DNA of 50,791 nucleotides from Anaerolineae bacterium (GCA_027021705.1 JALUTT010000050.1:1-50791), one strand, 5' to 3'; shown: positions 40,101 through 49,525, counted from the stretch's first letter. The notes: generated by a model not told the origin, from the letters alone. Numbers and translations are program-made.

Positions 40101-41315
40101 GCGTTGTTGTTGCTGGGGTGGATGGGGTTGCTGCGGGCCTGGGAGGAGAAGGGGACAACGGCGCGGCGTTGGGCTCTGGGAGCCGGGCTGGCCTGGATGG
40201 CGATGGCCTGGATCGTCCCCTTCTACTTGCTCGTCGTCGCCTCTGTGGTGGGAACATTGCTGCTTCTGGCATGGGTGCGTGACCGGTGGGGGCGGGGGAC
40301 GTCCCAGGAGCGCCCCCCTCTTCTCCGCTGGGCGGGGCTGGCCTTCTTGGCCGGACTGGCTGCCTCTCCACCGATTCTCTACGCCCTCTGGGTCTTCACC
40401 ACCAACCCGGTCTTTCGGGCTTGGTCACGGCAGAACCTGGTTCTCTCCCCTCACCCGGCCCACTACCTGGCGGCCTACGGACCGGCGGTCCTCTTGGCGT
40501 TGGCCGGAGTGGGCCATGCTTGGCGGCGGGGGGATCCGCGCCGGCTGCTCCCCTTGGCCTGGCTGGTCGTCACGCCTATCCTGGTCTACTTGCCCTTCAA
40601 CAACCAGCGGCGGCTGGTGGAGGGGTTCCCGGTGGTCCTGGCCCTGCTGGCCGGCTGGGGGATGGCGCGGCGGGTCCTCCCGGCCTGGCGGCGCTCCCGA
40701 TTGGTTCGCCAGCTCAGCCGCTGGCCCCGTTATACACCTCGCAAACTCCGGCGGTGGGGAGCGGCCTTCCTGCTCCTGGCGATGACTCCTACCTACGGGC
40801 TGTTGCTGGTCGCCAACAGCCTGGAGGTGGCGGCCCGCCGTCCGCCCATCTTCCGCCCGGCCGACGAGATGGCGGCGGTGGCCTGGCTGGCCCGCCACGT
40901 CGAGCCGGACGCCCTCGTCCTGGCGGCCTACGAGACGGGCGACCTGCTCCCCAGTCGCATCCCGGTCCGCGTCTTCATCGGGCATCGGCCGGAGACGGTG
41001 GACGCCGAGGAGAAGGAGGCGTTGGTGGCTCGTTTCTTTCAGGCCGAGACCCCCGATGGCTGGCGGCGGGACTTCCTGGCTCGGTGGGGGATCGCCTACG
41101 TCTTCTACGGGCCGGCGGAGCAGGCGCTGGGCGGCTTCGACCCGGAAGGGGCGGACTATTTGGCCCTCTGCTTCCGGCAGGGGGCCTACCGCATCTACCG
41201 CGTCCGGCCGTCGGCCGTCGGCCGTCGGCGGTCGGCCGTCGCCTCCCCTAACCCCCGCTTGACTTCCTCCTGGTCCACAGGCAGCCGGCGGATGCGCACG
41301 CCGGTGGCGTGGTAG
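37101..41315 (+). CDS. YfhO-like GT-C membrane protein fused to a second multi-TM GT-C-like protein through a repeat-derived linker
   Basis: GQLPFWRPTVMGGTPFLANP...FYPP, LLRVPAR, ALPRAF, GWRATV...RGVYLPPGSHRVVFTYRP; second half begins LTSLPYLLG...FNIEDMHAYLSRMGQG. Confidence 0.8.
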   Translation: MGGRDLPKGLERLVLAGLVLALLAPVLVRPNGYLYIPQAPYSDLTVTHWPNALFLRRALVEAGQLPFWRPTVMGGTPFLANPVSGLFYPPLWLPVLLPPALGFNLLALGHLLLAGLAAYALLRRGWRLGRMGALVGGLVYGASPKLLAHLGAGHVGWVGAWAWAPLVLLAVIRAAASHRRTAAVRAGALLGLVFLADLRLTVYLTIAALTLWVAEAVRRRADGSSRRWAHGLGIALFLLTAALLTAVQWLPLLAVLGETTRSGLTPAEAARFSLPPARLLGLLVAGSGGNHEWVIYLGLPTLPLAALGLWAGRRRGEKARWDWAVGMAAVGGLLALGSYTPLFPLLLRLVPGFSLLRVPARGWFLVVLGVALLAGWGADALASGEAARLPRRIRSGLNLAMVGFGGLTLFLAVGAGLVSGALPTNLLALAFLGPLTAGLLIVAWRPETRFPATPLLILLLVVDLWIMGHRLVEVRSEAQVFAAGAQAADWLAAQPGPFRVYSPSYSLPQHVVVRAGLSLADGVDPFQLTRYVRLMERAGGYGPSGYSVTIPPFPEGTEVTTAHRETVPDARLLGVLNVRYLAAAFPIRGEGLRAVGPPLDGVYLYENVWALPRAFVVGRVTSVDSLEEALAWLDDHDPAREAVVEGGPAREGPPGVRAATLLRFTPNRVVVEAVGPGLLVLADPWSAGWRATVGGEPVPVYPTDAALRGVYLPPGSHRVVFTYRPPGLFPGLALSLLALLLVAWSGGRVVGWSGGHVVAWSGGRLVAWSLFLAPCPLPLASRSSVLSPWSAVGGRRSATPSVPHPSVPHPSASPPPAPHPSEQRWLALWIIVALLLTSLPYLLGWALSGPDMVFDGFVFNIEDMHAYLSRMGQGARGAWLVRIAYTPEPHQGVLLFLFYVLLGKVAAGTGLSLVAVFHLARLICGALMLGVTYRFLAALTGSIAVRRLAFLLITFGGGLGWLLILAGRGEWLGSLPLDMLLPEGFAFLTLYALPHLAMARALLLLGWMGLLRAWEEKGTTARRWALGAGLAWMAMAWIVPFYLLVVASVVGTLLLLAWVRDRWGRGTSQERPPLLRWAGLAFLAGLAASPPILYALWVFTTNPVFRAWSRQNLVLSPHPAHYLAAYGPAVLLALAGVGHAWRRGDPRRLLPLAWLVVTPILVYLPFNNQRRLVEGFPVVLALLAGWGMARRVLPAWRRSRLVRQLSRWPRYTPRKLRRWGAAFLLLAMTPTYGLLLVANSLEVAARRPPIFRPADEMAAVAWLARHVEPDALVLAAYETGDLLPSRIPVRVFIGHRPETVDAEEKEALVARFFQAETPDGWRRDFLARWGIAYVFYGPAEQALGGFDPEGADYLALCFRQGAYRIYRVRPSAVGRRRSAVASPNPRLTSSWSTGSRRMRTPVAW
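39322..39562 (+). repeat. Composite short tandem repeats read in frame inside the YfhO-like ORF
   Basis: GGTCGGGT octamers, CCCCTTG, CAGTCCT and CGGTCGG heptamers, CCTCATCC octamers. Confidence 0.9.
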
Positions 41316-43996
41316 ATGGCATTGACGATGGCCGCCGGCGTCGGGATGCTGGGCAGCTCGCCCACCCCCTTGGCCCCGTAAGGCCCCTCCGCCGTGGGGT
41401 CCTCCACGATGAGGGAGATGATCTCGGGGGCCTGCTGGATGTTGGGGATCCTGTAGCGGGCGAACCATTGGGTGTAGGGCACGCCCTCTTCAAGGATGTA
41501 CACTTCGGTGAGAGCGTGGCCCAGCCCCATCACGATCCCGCCCTCGATCTGGCCCTCCAAGGCCAGGGGGTTGATGGCCCGGCCCACGTCGTGGGCGGCG
41601 ATGACCTTGAGGACCCGCACTTCGCCCGTCTCGGTGTCCACTTCGACGAGGGCGGCCTGGGCCGCGAAGCTGAAGGCGAAGTGCATATCGCCCCCTTCGC
41701 CCAGGGGCCGGGTGGGAGGAGCATGGTACTCGTGACGCAGGCAGGGCTCCCGCCCTTCCTCCCGCGCCCAGCGCACCACCTCGCCCAAAGGGACCACCTG
41801 TCCGTTGGCCTGTAGTCGTCCATCCCTGAAGCGAAGTTCCTCCGGCGGCACGTCCAGCCGTTCGCTGGCGACCTGGGCCAACAGGTCCCGCAGCCGGCGG
41901 GCGGCGTGGCGGGTGGCGTTGCCGGAGACGTAGGTCTGGCGGGAGGCCGTCGTCGGGCCGCCGTCCGGGGTCCGGTCCGTGTCCGAGAGGAGGACGGTGA
42001 CCCGCTCGAAGGGGAGCCCCAGCTCTTCGGCGGCGATGGCGGCCAGGACGACCGGCAGCCCCTGGCCCATCTCGGCGGAACTGATGCGCACCTCGGCGTG
42101 ACCGTCCTCGTAGGCTTCCACCTCGGCCGTTGCCCGGTCGGGGGCCCCGCCGCCCAGGCCGGTGTTCTTGTAGGCCAGGGCCAGCCCCCAGCCGTAGGCT
42201 TTGGCCCCCTCTCGCCATCCCCAGCGGATGGGTTCGCCTTCGTCCAGTCCCTGCTCCTGGCGCAGTGTTTGGACCACGGCGTCCAGGCAAGCTTCCAGGC
42301 CGACGCTCTCCCGCAGCACCTGACCGGTGCAGGTGGTGGAGCCGACGCGCAGCAGGTTCTTGCGTCGCAGGAGGATGGGGTCCATCCCCAGCGCTTCGGC
42401 CAGTTCGTCCATCGCGCTCTCGATGGCGAAGCAGGACTGGGTGACGCCGAAGCCCCGGAAGGCGCCGGCCGGCGGGTTGTTGGTGTACATCGCGTAGCAG
42501 TCGGCCCGGACGTGGGGGATGTCGTAGGGGCCGCTGGCGTGGGTGGTGGCGCGGGTCATCACCTTGTCGCCCAGGCTGGCGTAAGCGCCGGTGTCGCCCA
42601 CCAGCTCCACGTCTACTGCCGTGATCTGGCCGTCGCGCCGGGCCCCCAGGCGCACCCGCAGGGTGGTGGCGTGGCGCTTGGGGTGGACGAGGAGGGATTC
42701 GTGACGGGAGTAGAGGATTTTGACGGGGCGACCGGTGGCGCGGGCCAGGAGGGCGGCGTGGATCTGGCCGGCGATGTCCTCTTTGCCGCCAAAGCCCCCA
42801 CCGATGAGGGTGCCCACCACCCGCACCTGCTCCTCGGGCACGCCCAGGGCGGCGGCGATCTGACGGCGGTCGGCGTAGGGGATCTGGGAGCCGACGTAGA
42901 CCTCGACGCGCCCATCGTCGGTGAGGCGGGCGATGGCGCACTCCGGTTCCATGAAGGCGTGGTCGGTGGTCTGGGAGTCGTAGTGGCGCTCGATGACGAT
43001 GTCGGCCTGGGCGAAGCCGGTCTCCACCTCCCCCTTGCGCACCCGGATGTGCTTGAGGAGGTTGCCGGTGGGCCAGGTTTCGTGGACGAGGGGGGCGTCG
43101 GGCTGACGGGCCTGCTGGGCGTCGGCGACGACGGGCAAAGGCTCGTATTCGACTTGGATCCGTTCCAGGGCCTGGCGGGCGATCTCCGGGGTCTCGGCGG
43201 CGACGATGGCCACGGCATCTCCCACGTAGCGCACCTTGTCGTCGCAGAGGACGGGCCAGTCCTCGTAGATGAGGCCGTGGCGGTTCCGGCCGGGGACGTC
43301 TTTGGCGGTGAGGACGGCGTGGACGCCGGGGAGGGTCCGGGCGGCGTCGGTGACGATGCGCCGGATGCGGGCGTGGGGGATGCCGGCCCGCAGGGTCGCG
43401 CCGTAGAGCATGCCGGGGAAGGTGTAGTCGTCGGTGAAGCGAGCGGCGCCGGTCACCTTGGCCACGGCGTCGGGGCGGGGCAGGGGACGTCCGATGACGT
43501 GGAGGGGCGGGCGGGTCTCCGGCACCAGCGGGGCGACGGGCCGGCCAGCGGCGGCCAGGATGGCGCGGATGACGCTGGCGTAGCCGGTGCAGCGGCAGTA
43601 GGTGTCCTTCAGAGCCCGGCGGATGGCGGCTTCGTCGGGGTGGGGGTTGGTGTCCAGGAGGGCCTTGGCGGTCATAATGAGGCCGGGGGTGCAGAAGCCG
43701 CACTGGACCGCGCCGTGCTCGATGAAGGCCCACTGCAGGGGGTGTAGGGTGCCGTTCTGGGCCAGCCCTTCGATGGTCAGCACCTCGGCCCCCTGGGCTT
43801 TCAGGGCCGGGTAGACGCAGGAGAGGATGGGGTCGCCGTTGACCAGGACGGTGCAGAGGCCGCATTCGGCCTCGTTGCAGCCGATCTTCGTCCCGGTCAG
43901 GCCCAGGTCATAGCGCAGCACCTGGGCCAGAGAGCGATGGGCCGGGACCTCCAGAGAGACGGGTTCCCCGTTGACGGTCATCTGCAGATTGGGCAT
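41195..43996 (-). CDS. Molybdenum hydroxylase (xanthine dehydrogenase/aldehyde oxidoreductase family), fused 2Fe-2S and Mo-binding subunit
   Basis: GCNEAECGLCTV, QCGFCTPG, CRCTGY, GGGFGGKEDI, AFRGFG, GQIEGG, AKGVGE; RBS GAGGAG. Confidence 0.93.
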   Translation of the reverse strand: MPNLQMTVNGEPVSLEVPAHRSLAQVLRYDLGLTGTKIGCNEAECGLCTVLVNGDPILSCVYPALKAQGAEVLTIEGLAQNGTLHPLQWAFIEHGAVQCGFCTPGLIMTAKALLDTNPHPDEAAIRRALKDTYCRCTGYASVIRAILAAAGRPVAPLVPETRPPLHVIGRPLPRPDAVAKVTGAARFTDDYTFPGMLYGATLRAGIPHARIRRIVTDAARTLPGVHAVLTAKDVPGRNRHGLIYEDWPVLCDDKVRYVGDAVAIVAAETPEIARQALERIQVEYEPLPVVADAQQARQPDAPLVHETWPTGNLLKHIRVRKGEVETGFAQADIVIERHYDSQTTDHAFMEPECAIARLTDDGRVEVYVGSQIPYADRRQIAAALGVPEEQVRVVGTLIGGGFGGKEDIAGQIHAALLARATGRPVKILYSRHESLLVHPKRHATTLRVRLGARRDGQITAVDVELVGDTGAYASLGDKVMTRATTHASGPYDIPHVRADCYAMYTNNPPAGAFRGFGVTQSCFAIESAMDELAEALGMDPILLRRKNLLRVGSTTCTGQVLRESVGLEACLDAVVQTLRQEQGLDEGEPIRWGWREGAKAYGWGLALAYKNTGLGGGAPDRATAEVEAYEDGHAEVRISSAEMGQGLPVVLAAIAAEELGLPFERVTVLLSDTDRTPDGGPTTASRQTYVSGNATRHAARRLRDLLAQVASERLDVPPEELRFRDGRLQANGQVVPLGEVVRWAREEGREPCLRHEYHAPPTRPLGEGGDMHFAFSFAAQAALVEVDTETGEVRVLKVIAAHDVGRAINPLALEGQIEGGIVMGLGHALTEVYILEEGVPYTQWFARYRIPNIQQAPEIISLIVEDPTAEGPYGAKGVGELPSIPTPAAIVNAIYHATGVRIRRLPVDQEEVKRGLGEATADRRRPTADGRTR

Positions 43997-44039
43997 AGGG
44001 GCTTTGCTCCTCAAGAGGGATGGGGGTTAGGTTGCATAG

Positions 44040-44837
44040 TCAGGGGGACGACTCGCGCAGGAACCGTTCCAGACGCGCCACAAGGCGATCTGCCTGTTCG
44101 ATGATGGGGCGGGTCTGCTCGGCGGTGAACTCGACATCGAAGGCGTAATCGGCCCTCTCGCGCCAGCGTCGGATGGTTGCATAGGCGTTGGCATATTCTG
44201 CCTCGATGCGTCCTGGCTTCACCAGATGCTCGTGGAAGGCCGACTCGACGCCTGAATGGCGGCGGCGGGTCACGTTTAGGCTGAGGAGGACAGCCGATGT
44301 GAGGTGGAAGACGGCATAGTAGGCGCGGTTTAGGGCCAACCGGTACTCCCCCCGCTCCAGAGCGCCCCACGCCCAGGCCATATCCTCGCGGCTGCGCTCC
44401 AGCCGATGTCGAAGGTAGTCCTGGAGGGTACCCGTGTCGTAGGGCTCCGGCGCTTCAGCCACGGGAAGGCATCCCCTTTCCCAGACCCATAGGTCGGTGC
44501 CTTCCTGGATGAGGTTGCGGTAGAAGAGCTCCTGACGGGCACGCATCTGGGCGAAGCGCCGCTGGCCGATGGTGTGGTCGCCCAGGAGGACGCCATACTC
44601 CAGGCTGAGGGTGAGGGCCAGGTGGCCAATGGCCTCTTCCAGGGGCTCGTTGCCGTCTTGCACCACGACGAGCAGGTCCAGGTCCGATTCTTCGTCGGCG
44701 TTGCCGCGTGCTTTGGAGCCGTAGAACCAGACGTGGAGAATCCGGTCGCCGAACTGCTGGCGTAGCCGGCGGAGGAAGGCCCTCACGGCCTCTCGTTCGT
44801 GGGGAGCCAGGATTTGGAGGGCAGGGGGTTCGGTCAC
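44040..44837 (-). CDS. Nucleotidyltransferase (MNT)-HEPN fusion protein
   Basis: YGSKARGNADEESDLDLLVVV, then NRAYYAVFH...RHSGVESAF...RERADY in one frame. Confidence 0.85.
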   Translation of the reverse strand: MTEPPALQILAPHEREAVRAFLRRLRQQFGDRILHVWFYGSKARGNADEESDLDLLVVVQDGNEPLEEAIGHLALTLSLEYGVLLGDHTIGQRRFAQMRARQELFYRNLIQEGTDLWVWERGCLPVAEAPEPYDTGTLQDYLRHRLERSREDMAWAWGALERGEYRLALNRAYYAVFHLTSAVLLSLNVTRRRHSGVESAFHEHLVKPGRIEAEYANAYATIRRWRERADYAFDVEFTAEQTRPIIEQADRLVARLERFLRESSP

Positions 44838-44915
44838 GGTGTGCCTACCTGTGCCCCAGGGGCTGGGCCCGACCGTGGGTCGTGGGCGTTCAGCCGTGCG
44901 TTCTTACGCCGGCTT

Positions 44916-44944
44916 ATTTTACCACGGCTGGGAGGGGTGGTCAA
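44916..44944 (-). promoter_or_regulatory. sigma70 promoter upstream of MNT-HEPN and the Mo-hydroxylase
   Basis: TTGACC-17bp-TAAAAT with extended TG. Confidence 0.65.
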
Positions 44945-45035
44945 CGAAAGAGGCTTGGTGATTCCCCGTAGGTGAGCGAGGGAATGGGCTGCGGTAGACC
45001 GTCCACGGATTTCTCACGAATACCCGGCCCAGCGC

Positions 45036-45488
45036 TCACCGGCCGTCGGGAAAGCGAACGACCAGATCGGCGACCAGCGTGCGCTGACCGCCTTCCTCGA
45101 AGTGGCCGAAGATGGCCACGATGTCGCCTCGGCGGAGGGCGTCTGGCTCGATGGGATTTCCCTGGGCATCCTCGAAGCGGGTGGTGGAGGTCAGACTCAC
45201 CGGGCGGGGTCCCTGGGGGGTGGCCAGTTCCAAGCCCTCGTCCAGGCGAAGCCGAATCCGGCCTACCAGCGTGGGCTGGCCGCCGGGTAGCGGCTGCCCC
45301 GGAGGCATCCCCGCGCCGCCCGGGGGGCCGGGCTGCCGATCTGGCTCCCCAGGACCGCCCAACGTCAACCCCTCCCGTGTCCAGCCGTGTTCCCCCACGT
45401 AGACCCCCAGGGCGAAGGCGGCGGTCACCAGCATCAACACGATCACTCCAGCCCCCACCCAGATCAGCACGCGATGGTTCTGGTTCAT
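45036..45488 (-). CDS. Hypothetical membrane-anchored protein with a C-terminal beta-rich (DUF5666-like) domain
   Basis: TM helix, G/P linker, V.LTSTTRF...LRRGDIVAIFG; RBS GGGAGAG. Confidence 0.7.
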   Translation of the reverse strand: MNQNHRVLIWVGAGVIVLMLVTAAFALGVYVGEHGWTREGLTLGGPGEPDRQPGPPGGAGMPPGQPLPGGQPTLVGRIRLRLDEGLELATPQGPRPVSLTSTTRFEDAQGNPIEPDALRRGDIVAIFGHFEEGGQRTLVADLVVRFPDGR

Positions 45489-45502
45489 GCTCTCCCTTCC
45501 TC

Positions 45503-47482
45503 TCATCTCACAGCGATTTCTTCCAGCACCACCCCTGTCTGGGACACCGCTCCCCACGGCGAGGCCAACCCCACCTGGAGCGGGATCGTCCCTCTCTCCA
45601 GCGTCGAGGGGATGACGATGGCGTAGGATTCCACCACCACCCCCTCCCGAGGTGGACGGCGCTCCCGGACGTAGCGTTGCAGGTTGCCGAACCCCAATTC
45701 GTGGGTCTCCAGTGTCCGGTCCCCCAGCGCGGTCACGATGAGGTAGCGCCCTGGCTCTTCCACGCGCCAGTAGAGGGTGAGGTGGAGGAGGCCGCCCGGC
45801 TCGACTGTTGACTCGGCCAGGTCGTATCCCACCAGCGTCAGCCCACCTAGGGAAGCGTCTACCCGCGTAGAGGGCTCCGCATCCGTGACGACCAGGTCCG
45901 GTGGCGTGCGGCTCACCTGGTAGAGGACCAGACCCTGGCCGGGCCTCTCCCTCGATCCCGCTCCGCCGCCTCCCACGAGGATGGGGATGTGCCAGGCATC
46001 AGGAGGAACCAGGTCTCGGGGCAGTGCCCACGGTCCCCGCCCGGCCTGGGGCATGTCCAGGCGCATCGTCGTGTAGATGGGACGGCCGGCCAGCGCCTGG
46101 GGGCGGGGCTCAGGCGTGGGCAGGTGGGGGAGCACCACGTCGGGACGGACGTTGTAGACGAGCCGCCAGTAGAACATGTCGTAGCCGAAGACGCCGCTGC
46201 GCCCCAGCAGCACGCTCTCCTCCGGCAGCACCTCCCAGACGTGGGCGTAGAAGTCGTTGATGGCGGTGTCCTCCGAGTGGTCGTTGGCCGCCCAGTTGGC
46301 CCGCACCTGGTGGACGACGGCCAAGCCCATCCCGGTGACCAGGACCCCGATCGAGGCCCAGCGCCAGCCTCCCCGCGCCGCCCATCGTCCCAGCCGGAGG
46401 AGCCCCCAGGCCGTCCCCACGCCGATGAAGAGGGCGTAGAGGAGATGAGCCGGGATGAAGAAGACATCCAGGTCGAAGACCCGGTACTGGATGAAGAACC
46501 AGACGTGGACCAGGTACATCCCGACGAGGAGGAAGAAGCGGCGGGGCCGGCGGAAGAGGAGCACCCACATCCCCAGGATGCCCAGCCCGATGCCCCAGAG
46601 GCTGTACTGCTGGGCCAGCAAGTCCAGGTAGATGACGATCCGGTCGGGGATGGCGGCCAGGGGGAAGGCGAACTTGAACTGGGGGAACGCGCCCAGGGTG
46701 TAGCGGTAGAAGCCTTCCAGGGTGTTGGGAGCGCTGCGTAGCATCATCCGGTCGGTGAGGGTGCTCGCCTTGTAAGGGAGCCAGAGGAACTGGGCGGCTC
46801 CCAGGAGGAAGCCCGACCCGGCTCCCAGCAGCCAACGACCGCTCAGCAGCCGCCGGCCGCCGACGAGGAGGACGAAGAGAGCGAAGGCCGGTGCGAAGCC
46901 CAGGTTGGACATATGGGTGCCCAGGCTCAGTCCGAAGACCAAGGCGAAGCAGAAGGGGGCGAGGAAGGAGCGCCCCCCCTGTTCCAGCTTCCTGCCCCAG
47001 CGCAGCAGCAGGCCCAGCGTCAACGTCATCATCAGGGCGTTGGGGGCGTAGACCTCGGCGATGGTCGTCTGGGACCAGAAGGTGCGGGAGAAGGCGACGA
47101 GAAGGGCGGTGAAGGCGGAAGCCAGGAGGGAGGCCCGCGTTGCCCAGGCTTCCCCCGGTCGGTCGGGCCGGGTGAGGTGGCGCAGGAGCAGGTAGAGCAC
47201 CGCCACGCTGCCGGCCCCCAGGACCGCCGACATCAGGTTGACGCGGTGGGCCACGTCGCCTATGGGCAGGAGGGTGAAGAGTTTGCCCAGCCAGGTGTAG
47301 AGGGGGTAGCCGGTAGAGTGGGCGAGTCCTAGCGTGTAAGCGACGGTGATCAGTTCGTTGCCGTCGGGGCTCTCGTAGGAGAGGCTGGGGGTCAAGGTAG
47401 CATTGTAGACCGCCAAGGCCGCGATGAAAAGGGCCAGGGCGATCCCGATGTCGAGCCGGCGTCGTCTCCACGGTTGTTCCAT
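45503..47482 (-). CDS. DUF2723/TMEM260-like GT-C membrane glycosyltransferase
   Basis: DGNELITVAYTLGLAHSTGYPLYTWLGKLF, RVNLMSA, FWSQTTIAEVY. Confidence 0.9.
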   Translation of the reverse strand: MEQPWRRRRLDIGIALALFIAALAVYNATLTPSLSYESPDGNELITVAYTLGLAHSTGYPLYTWLGKLFTLLPIGDVAHRVNLMSAVLGAGSVAVLYLLLRHLTRPDRPGEAWATRASLLASAFTALLVAFSRTFWSQTTIAEVYAPNALMMTLTLGLLLRWGRKLEQGGRSFLAPFCFALVFGLSLGTHMSNLGFAPAFALFVLLVGGRRLLSGRWLLGAGSGFLLGAAQFLWLPYKASTLTDRMMLRSAPNTLEGFYRYTLGAFPQFKFAFPLAAIPDRIVIYLDLLAQQYSLWGIGLGILGMWVLLFRRPRRFFLLVGMYLVHVWFFIQYRVFDLDVFFIPAHLLYALFIGVGTAWGLLRLGRWAARGGWRWASIGVLVTGMGLAVVHQVRANWAANDHSEDTAINDFYAHVWEVLPEESVLLGRSGVFGYDMFYWRLVYNVRPDVVLPHLPTPEPRPQALAGRPIYTTMRLDMPQAGRGPWALPRDLVPPDAWHIPILVGGGGAGSRERPGQGLVLYQVSRTPPDLVVTDAEPSTRVDASLGGLTLVGYDLAESTVEPGGLLHLTLYWRVEEPGRYLIVTALGDRTLETHELGFGNLQRYVRERRPPREGVVVESYAIVIPSTLERGTIPLQVGLASPWGAVSQTGVVLEEIAVR

Positions 47483-47527
47483 AGCGTTCTTCTCCACCCT
47501 CCCCCCGATCCCATTTTACCCACGGCT

Positions 47528-47566
47528 CTGTTGCCCTTGTGTTACCAGAGTGTAAAGTTTCTGTGA
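47528..47566. promoter_or_regulatory. Four 11-bp-phased TGT boxes (OmpR/PhoB-family-like site)
   Basis: ctgttg, gtgtta, gtgtaa, ctgtga at 47528, 47539, 47550, 47561. Confidence 0.6.
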
Positions 47567-47627
47567 AGGGTCCCGCCGGGAGCAGCCCTCTCCGTTCAAC
47601 CCGCTCCCCCCAATCCGTTTCGGAGCG

Positions 47628-47745
47628 GTATCTATTCAGCCTACCCTCCCGCAGGTCACCGGTCGAGGGCGCTTTCAGCCCCGATGGGCTCTTTGAAGCA
47701 CGGTTTCGCGTCGGAAACGCGCCTAACCTGCGGGAGGGTGGACAC
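47628..47745 (-). mobile_element. MITE copy 5 (8-bp TSD)
   Basis: Reverse-complement copy flanked by TCGGAGCG (47620-47627 and 47746-47753). Confidence 0.85.
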
Positions 47746-47817
47746 TCGGAGCGGATAGCGGTCAACGGATTTGAGAACGGATTGACCGGATGGGAAAGGC
47801 GCAAGGGCACTGAGCGG

Positions 47818-47846
47818 TTGAAAGGGATGCGGTTCTATGCTACAAT
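47818..47846 (+). promoter_or_regulatory. sigma70 promoter of the udk-containing operon
   Basis: TTGAAA-17bp-TACAAT with extended TG. Confidence 0.65.
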
Positions 47847-47863
47847 CCCTAGGACAGGAGGAG

Positions 47864-48481
47864 ATGATGCGGGCTCTGCGCCTTTTCTGGACCTCGGTGC
47901 GCCTCTTCTACGAAGAAGCCTTTTTGATGGGCTGGGTCAGCCTGCTCTGGCTGCTCCTCTCCCTGCCGGTGATCACCGCGCCGCTGGCGGCGGCCGGCCT
48001 CTTCCACGTGGCCTACTTCGTGGCCGATGATCGGGTGATCTCCTGGCGGGCTTTCTTCACCGGCGCTCGGCGGCTGGCCGGACCGGCCTATCTGCTGGCG
48101 CTGCTCAACGGGGCGGCCTACGGGCTGGGGATGGTCAACCTGAACTTCTACGGGGCCATTGACGCCGTCTGGGCGGCCGGGCTCCAGGGTTTCATCCTGG
48201 CCCTGTTGGTGCTTTGGACGCTGATCCAGGTCTACGTCTTTCCGATGCTGGTGGTGCAGGAGAGGGCAAACCTGCGCTTGGCGCTGCGTAACGCGGCCCT
48301 CTTCCTGGGAGCGCACCTGGGACTTACCTTGGGGCTGGTGATTCTGCTGGCCCTGCTGGCCCTGGTGACCCTCTACCTGGCGCTGCCCCTCCTGTTCCTG
48401 GTCGTGGGGCTGGGGGCGGTGGCCGCCAACCGGGCCGTGGTGGAGTTCCTGCGCAGCCGGTCCGACGCATCCGAGGAATGA
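47864..48481 (+). CDS. DUF624/YesL-like membrane protein
   Basis: [46 protein letters not shown]. Confidence 0.75.
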   Translation: MMRALRLFWTSVRLFYEEAFLMGWVSLLWLLLSLPVITAPLAAAGLFHVAYFVADDRVISWRAFFTGARRLAGPAYLLALLNGAAYGLGMVNLNFYGAIDAVWAAGLQGFILALLVLWTLIQVYVFPMLVVQERANLRLALRNAALFLGAHLGLTLGLVILLALLALVTLYLALPLLFLVVGLGAVAANRAVVEFLRSRSDASEE

Positions 48482-48504
48482 ACGCCCGAAGGACAGCGAA
48501 GGAG

Positions 48505-49167
48505 ATGGAGCAGAATCGCGTGATCATCATCGGCGTGGCCGGTGGGACCGGTTCGGGCAAGACGACGGTGGCCCAGGCGATCCTGCGTCGGGTGGGGGCG
48601 AAGCACATCGCTTACATCCCCCACGACGCCTACTACCGGGACCTCTCCCACCTGCCGCCTGAGGAGCGGAGCCGGGTCAACTTCGACCATCCCGACGCGC
48701 TGGAGACAGAGTTGCTCATCGAGCACCTCAAGGCGCTGCGGGCGGGCCGGCCGGTGGAGATCCCCGTTTACGATTTCACCACGCACACCCGAAAGAAGGA
48801 AACGCGGCGGGTGGAGCCTCAGCGGGTGATCTTGGTGGAGGGGATCCTGGTCTTCGCCGAGCCGGCCCTGCGGGAGCTCTTCGACGTCAAGATCTACGTG
48901 GACACCGACGCCGACATCCGCTTCATCCGGCGCCTGCGCCGGGACGTGGCGGAGCGGGGGCGGACGGTGGAGTCGGTGATCGAGCAGTACCTGCGCACGG
49001 TGCGCCCGATGCACCTGGAGTTCGTCGAGCCCAGCAAGCGGTACGCCGACGTCATCATCCCCGAGGGAGGCTTCAACGAGGTGGCCCTGGATATGGTGGT
49101 CGCCCGCATCGAGCGGCTCCTGTACGGGGCAGAGGGAGGGGAAGAGCGAAGTGGCCAGCCGGCATAA
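48505..49167 (+). CDS. udk: Uridine kinase
   Basis: [56 protein letters not shown]; alternative start at 48478. Confidence 0.95.
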   Translation: MEQNRVIIIGVAGGTGSGKTTVAQAILRRVGAKHIAYIPHDAYYRDLSHLPPEERSRVNFDHPDALETELLIEHLKALRAGRPVEIPVYDFTTHTRKKETRRVEPQRVILVEGILVFAEPALRELFDVKIYVDTDADIRFIRRLRRDVAERGRTVESVIEQYLRTVRPMHLEFVEPSKRYADVIIPEGGFNEVALDMVVARIERLLYGAEGGEERSGQPA

Positions 49168-49525
49168 ATCAGGTTCTGTGAGGACCTTCTGGCTGGACCG
49201 GTCGGCGGTGCTGGATGAGCTCACCCGTTTCGCCAGGAGCCTCGTGGAGCGGTTCGACGAGGTCGAGCGGGTGATCCTCTTCGGCTCTATGGCCCGGGGG
49301 GATGCGGTGCCCGGCAGCGACGCCGACCTGCTCCTGGTCCTGCGGGAGTCGGCCCTGCCCTTTCTGGAACGCACGGTGCGCTACCGGCTGGGAGGGCTGT
49401 CCATCGGCGTGGACCTCTTCCCCTACACCCGGCAGGAGATGGACCGGCTGCTGGACGAGGGGCATCCCTTGCTGCGACAGGCCCTGCGCGAGGGCGTTGA
49501 ACTGGCACGCCGGGGGGATGGGTAA
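49151..49525 (+). CDS. Orphan minimal nucleotidyltransferase (MNT)
   Basis: [30 protein letters not shown]. Confidence 0.85.
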   Translation: MASRHKSGSVRTFWLDRSAVLDELTRFARSLVERFDEVERVILFGSMARGDAVPGSDADLLLVLRESALPFLERTVRYRLGGLSIGVDLFPYTRQEMDRLLDEGHPLLRQALREGVELARRGDG

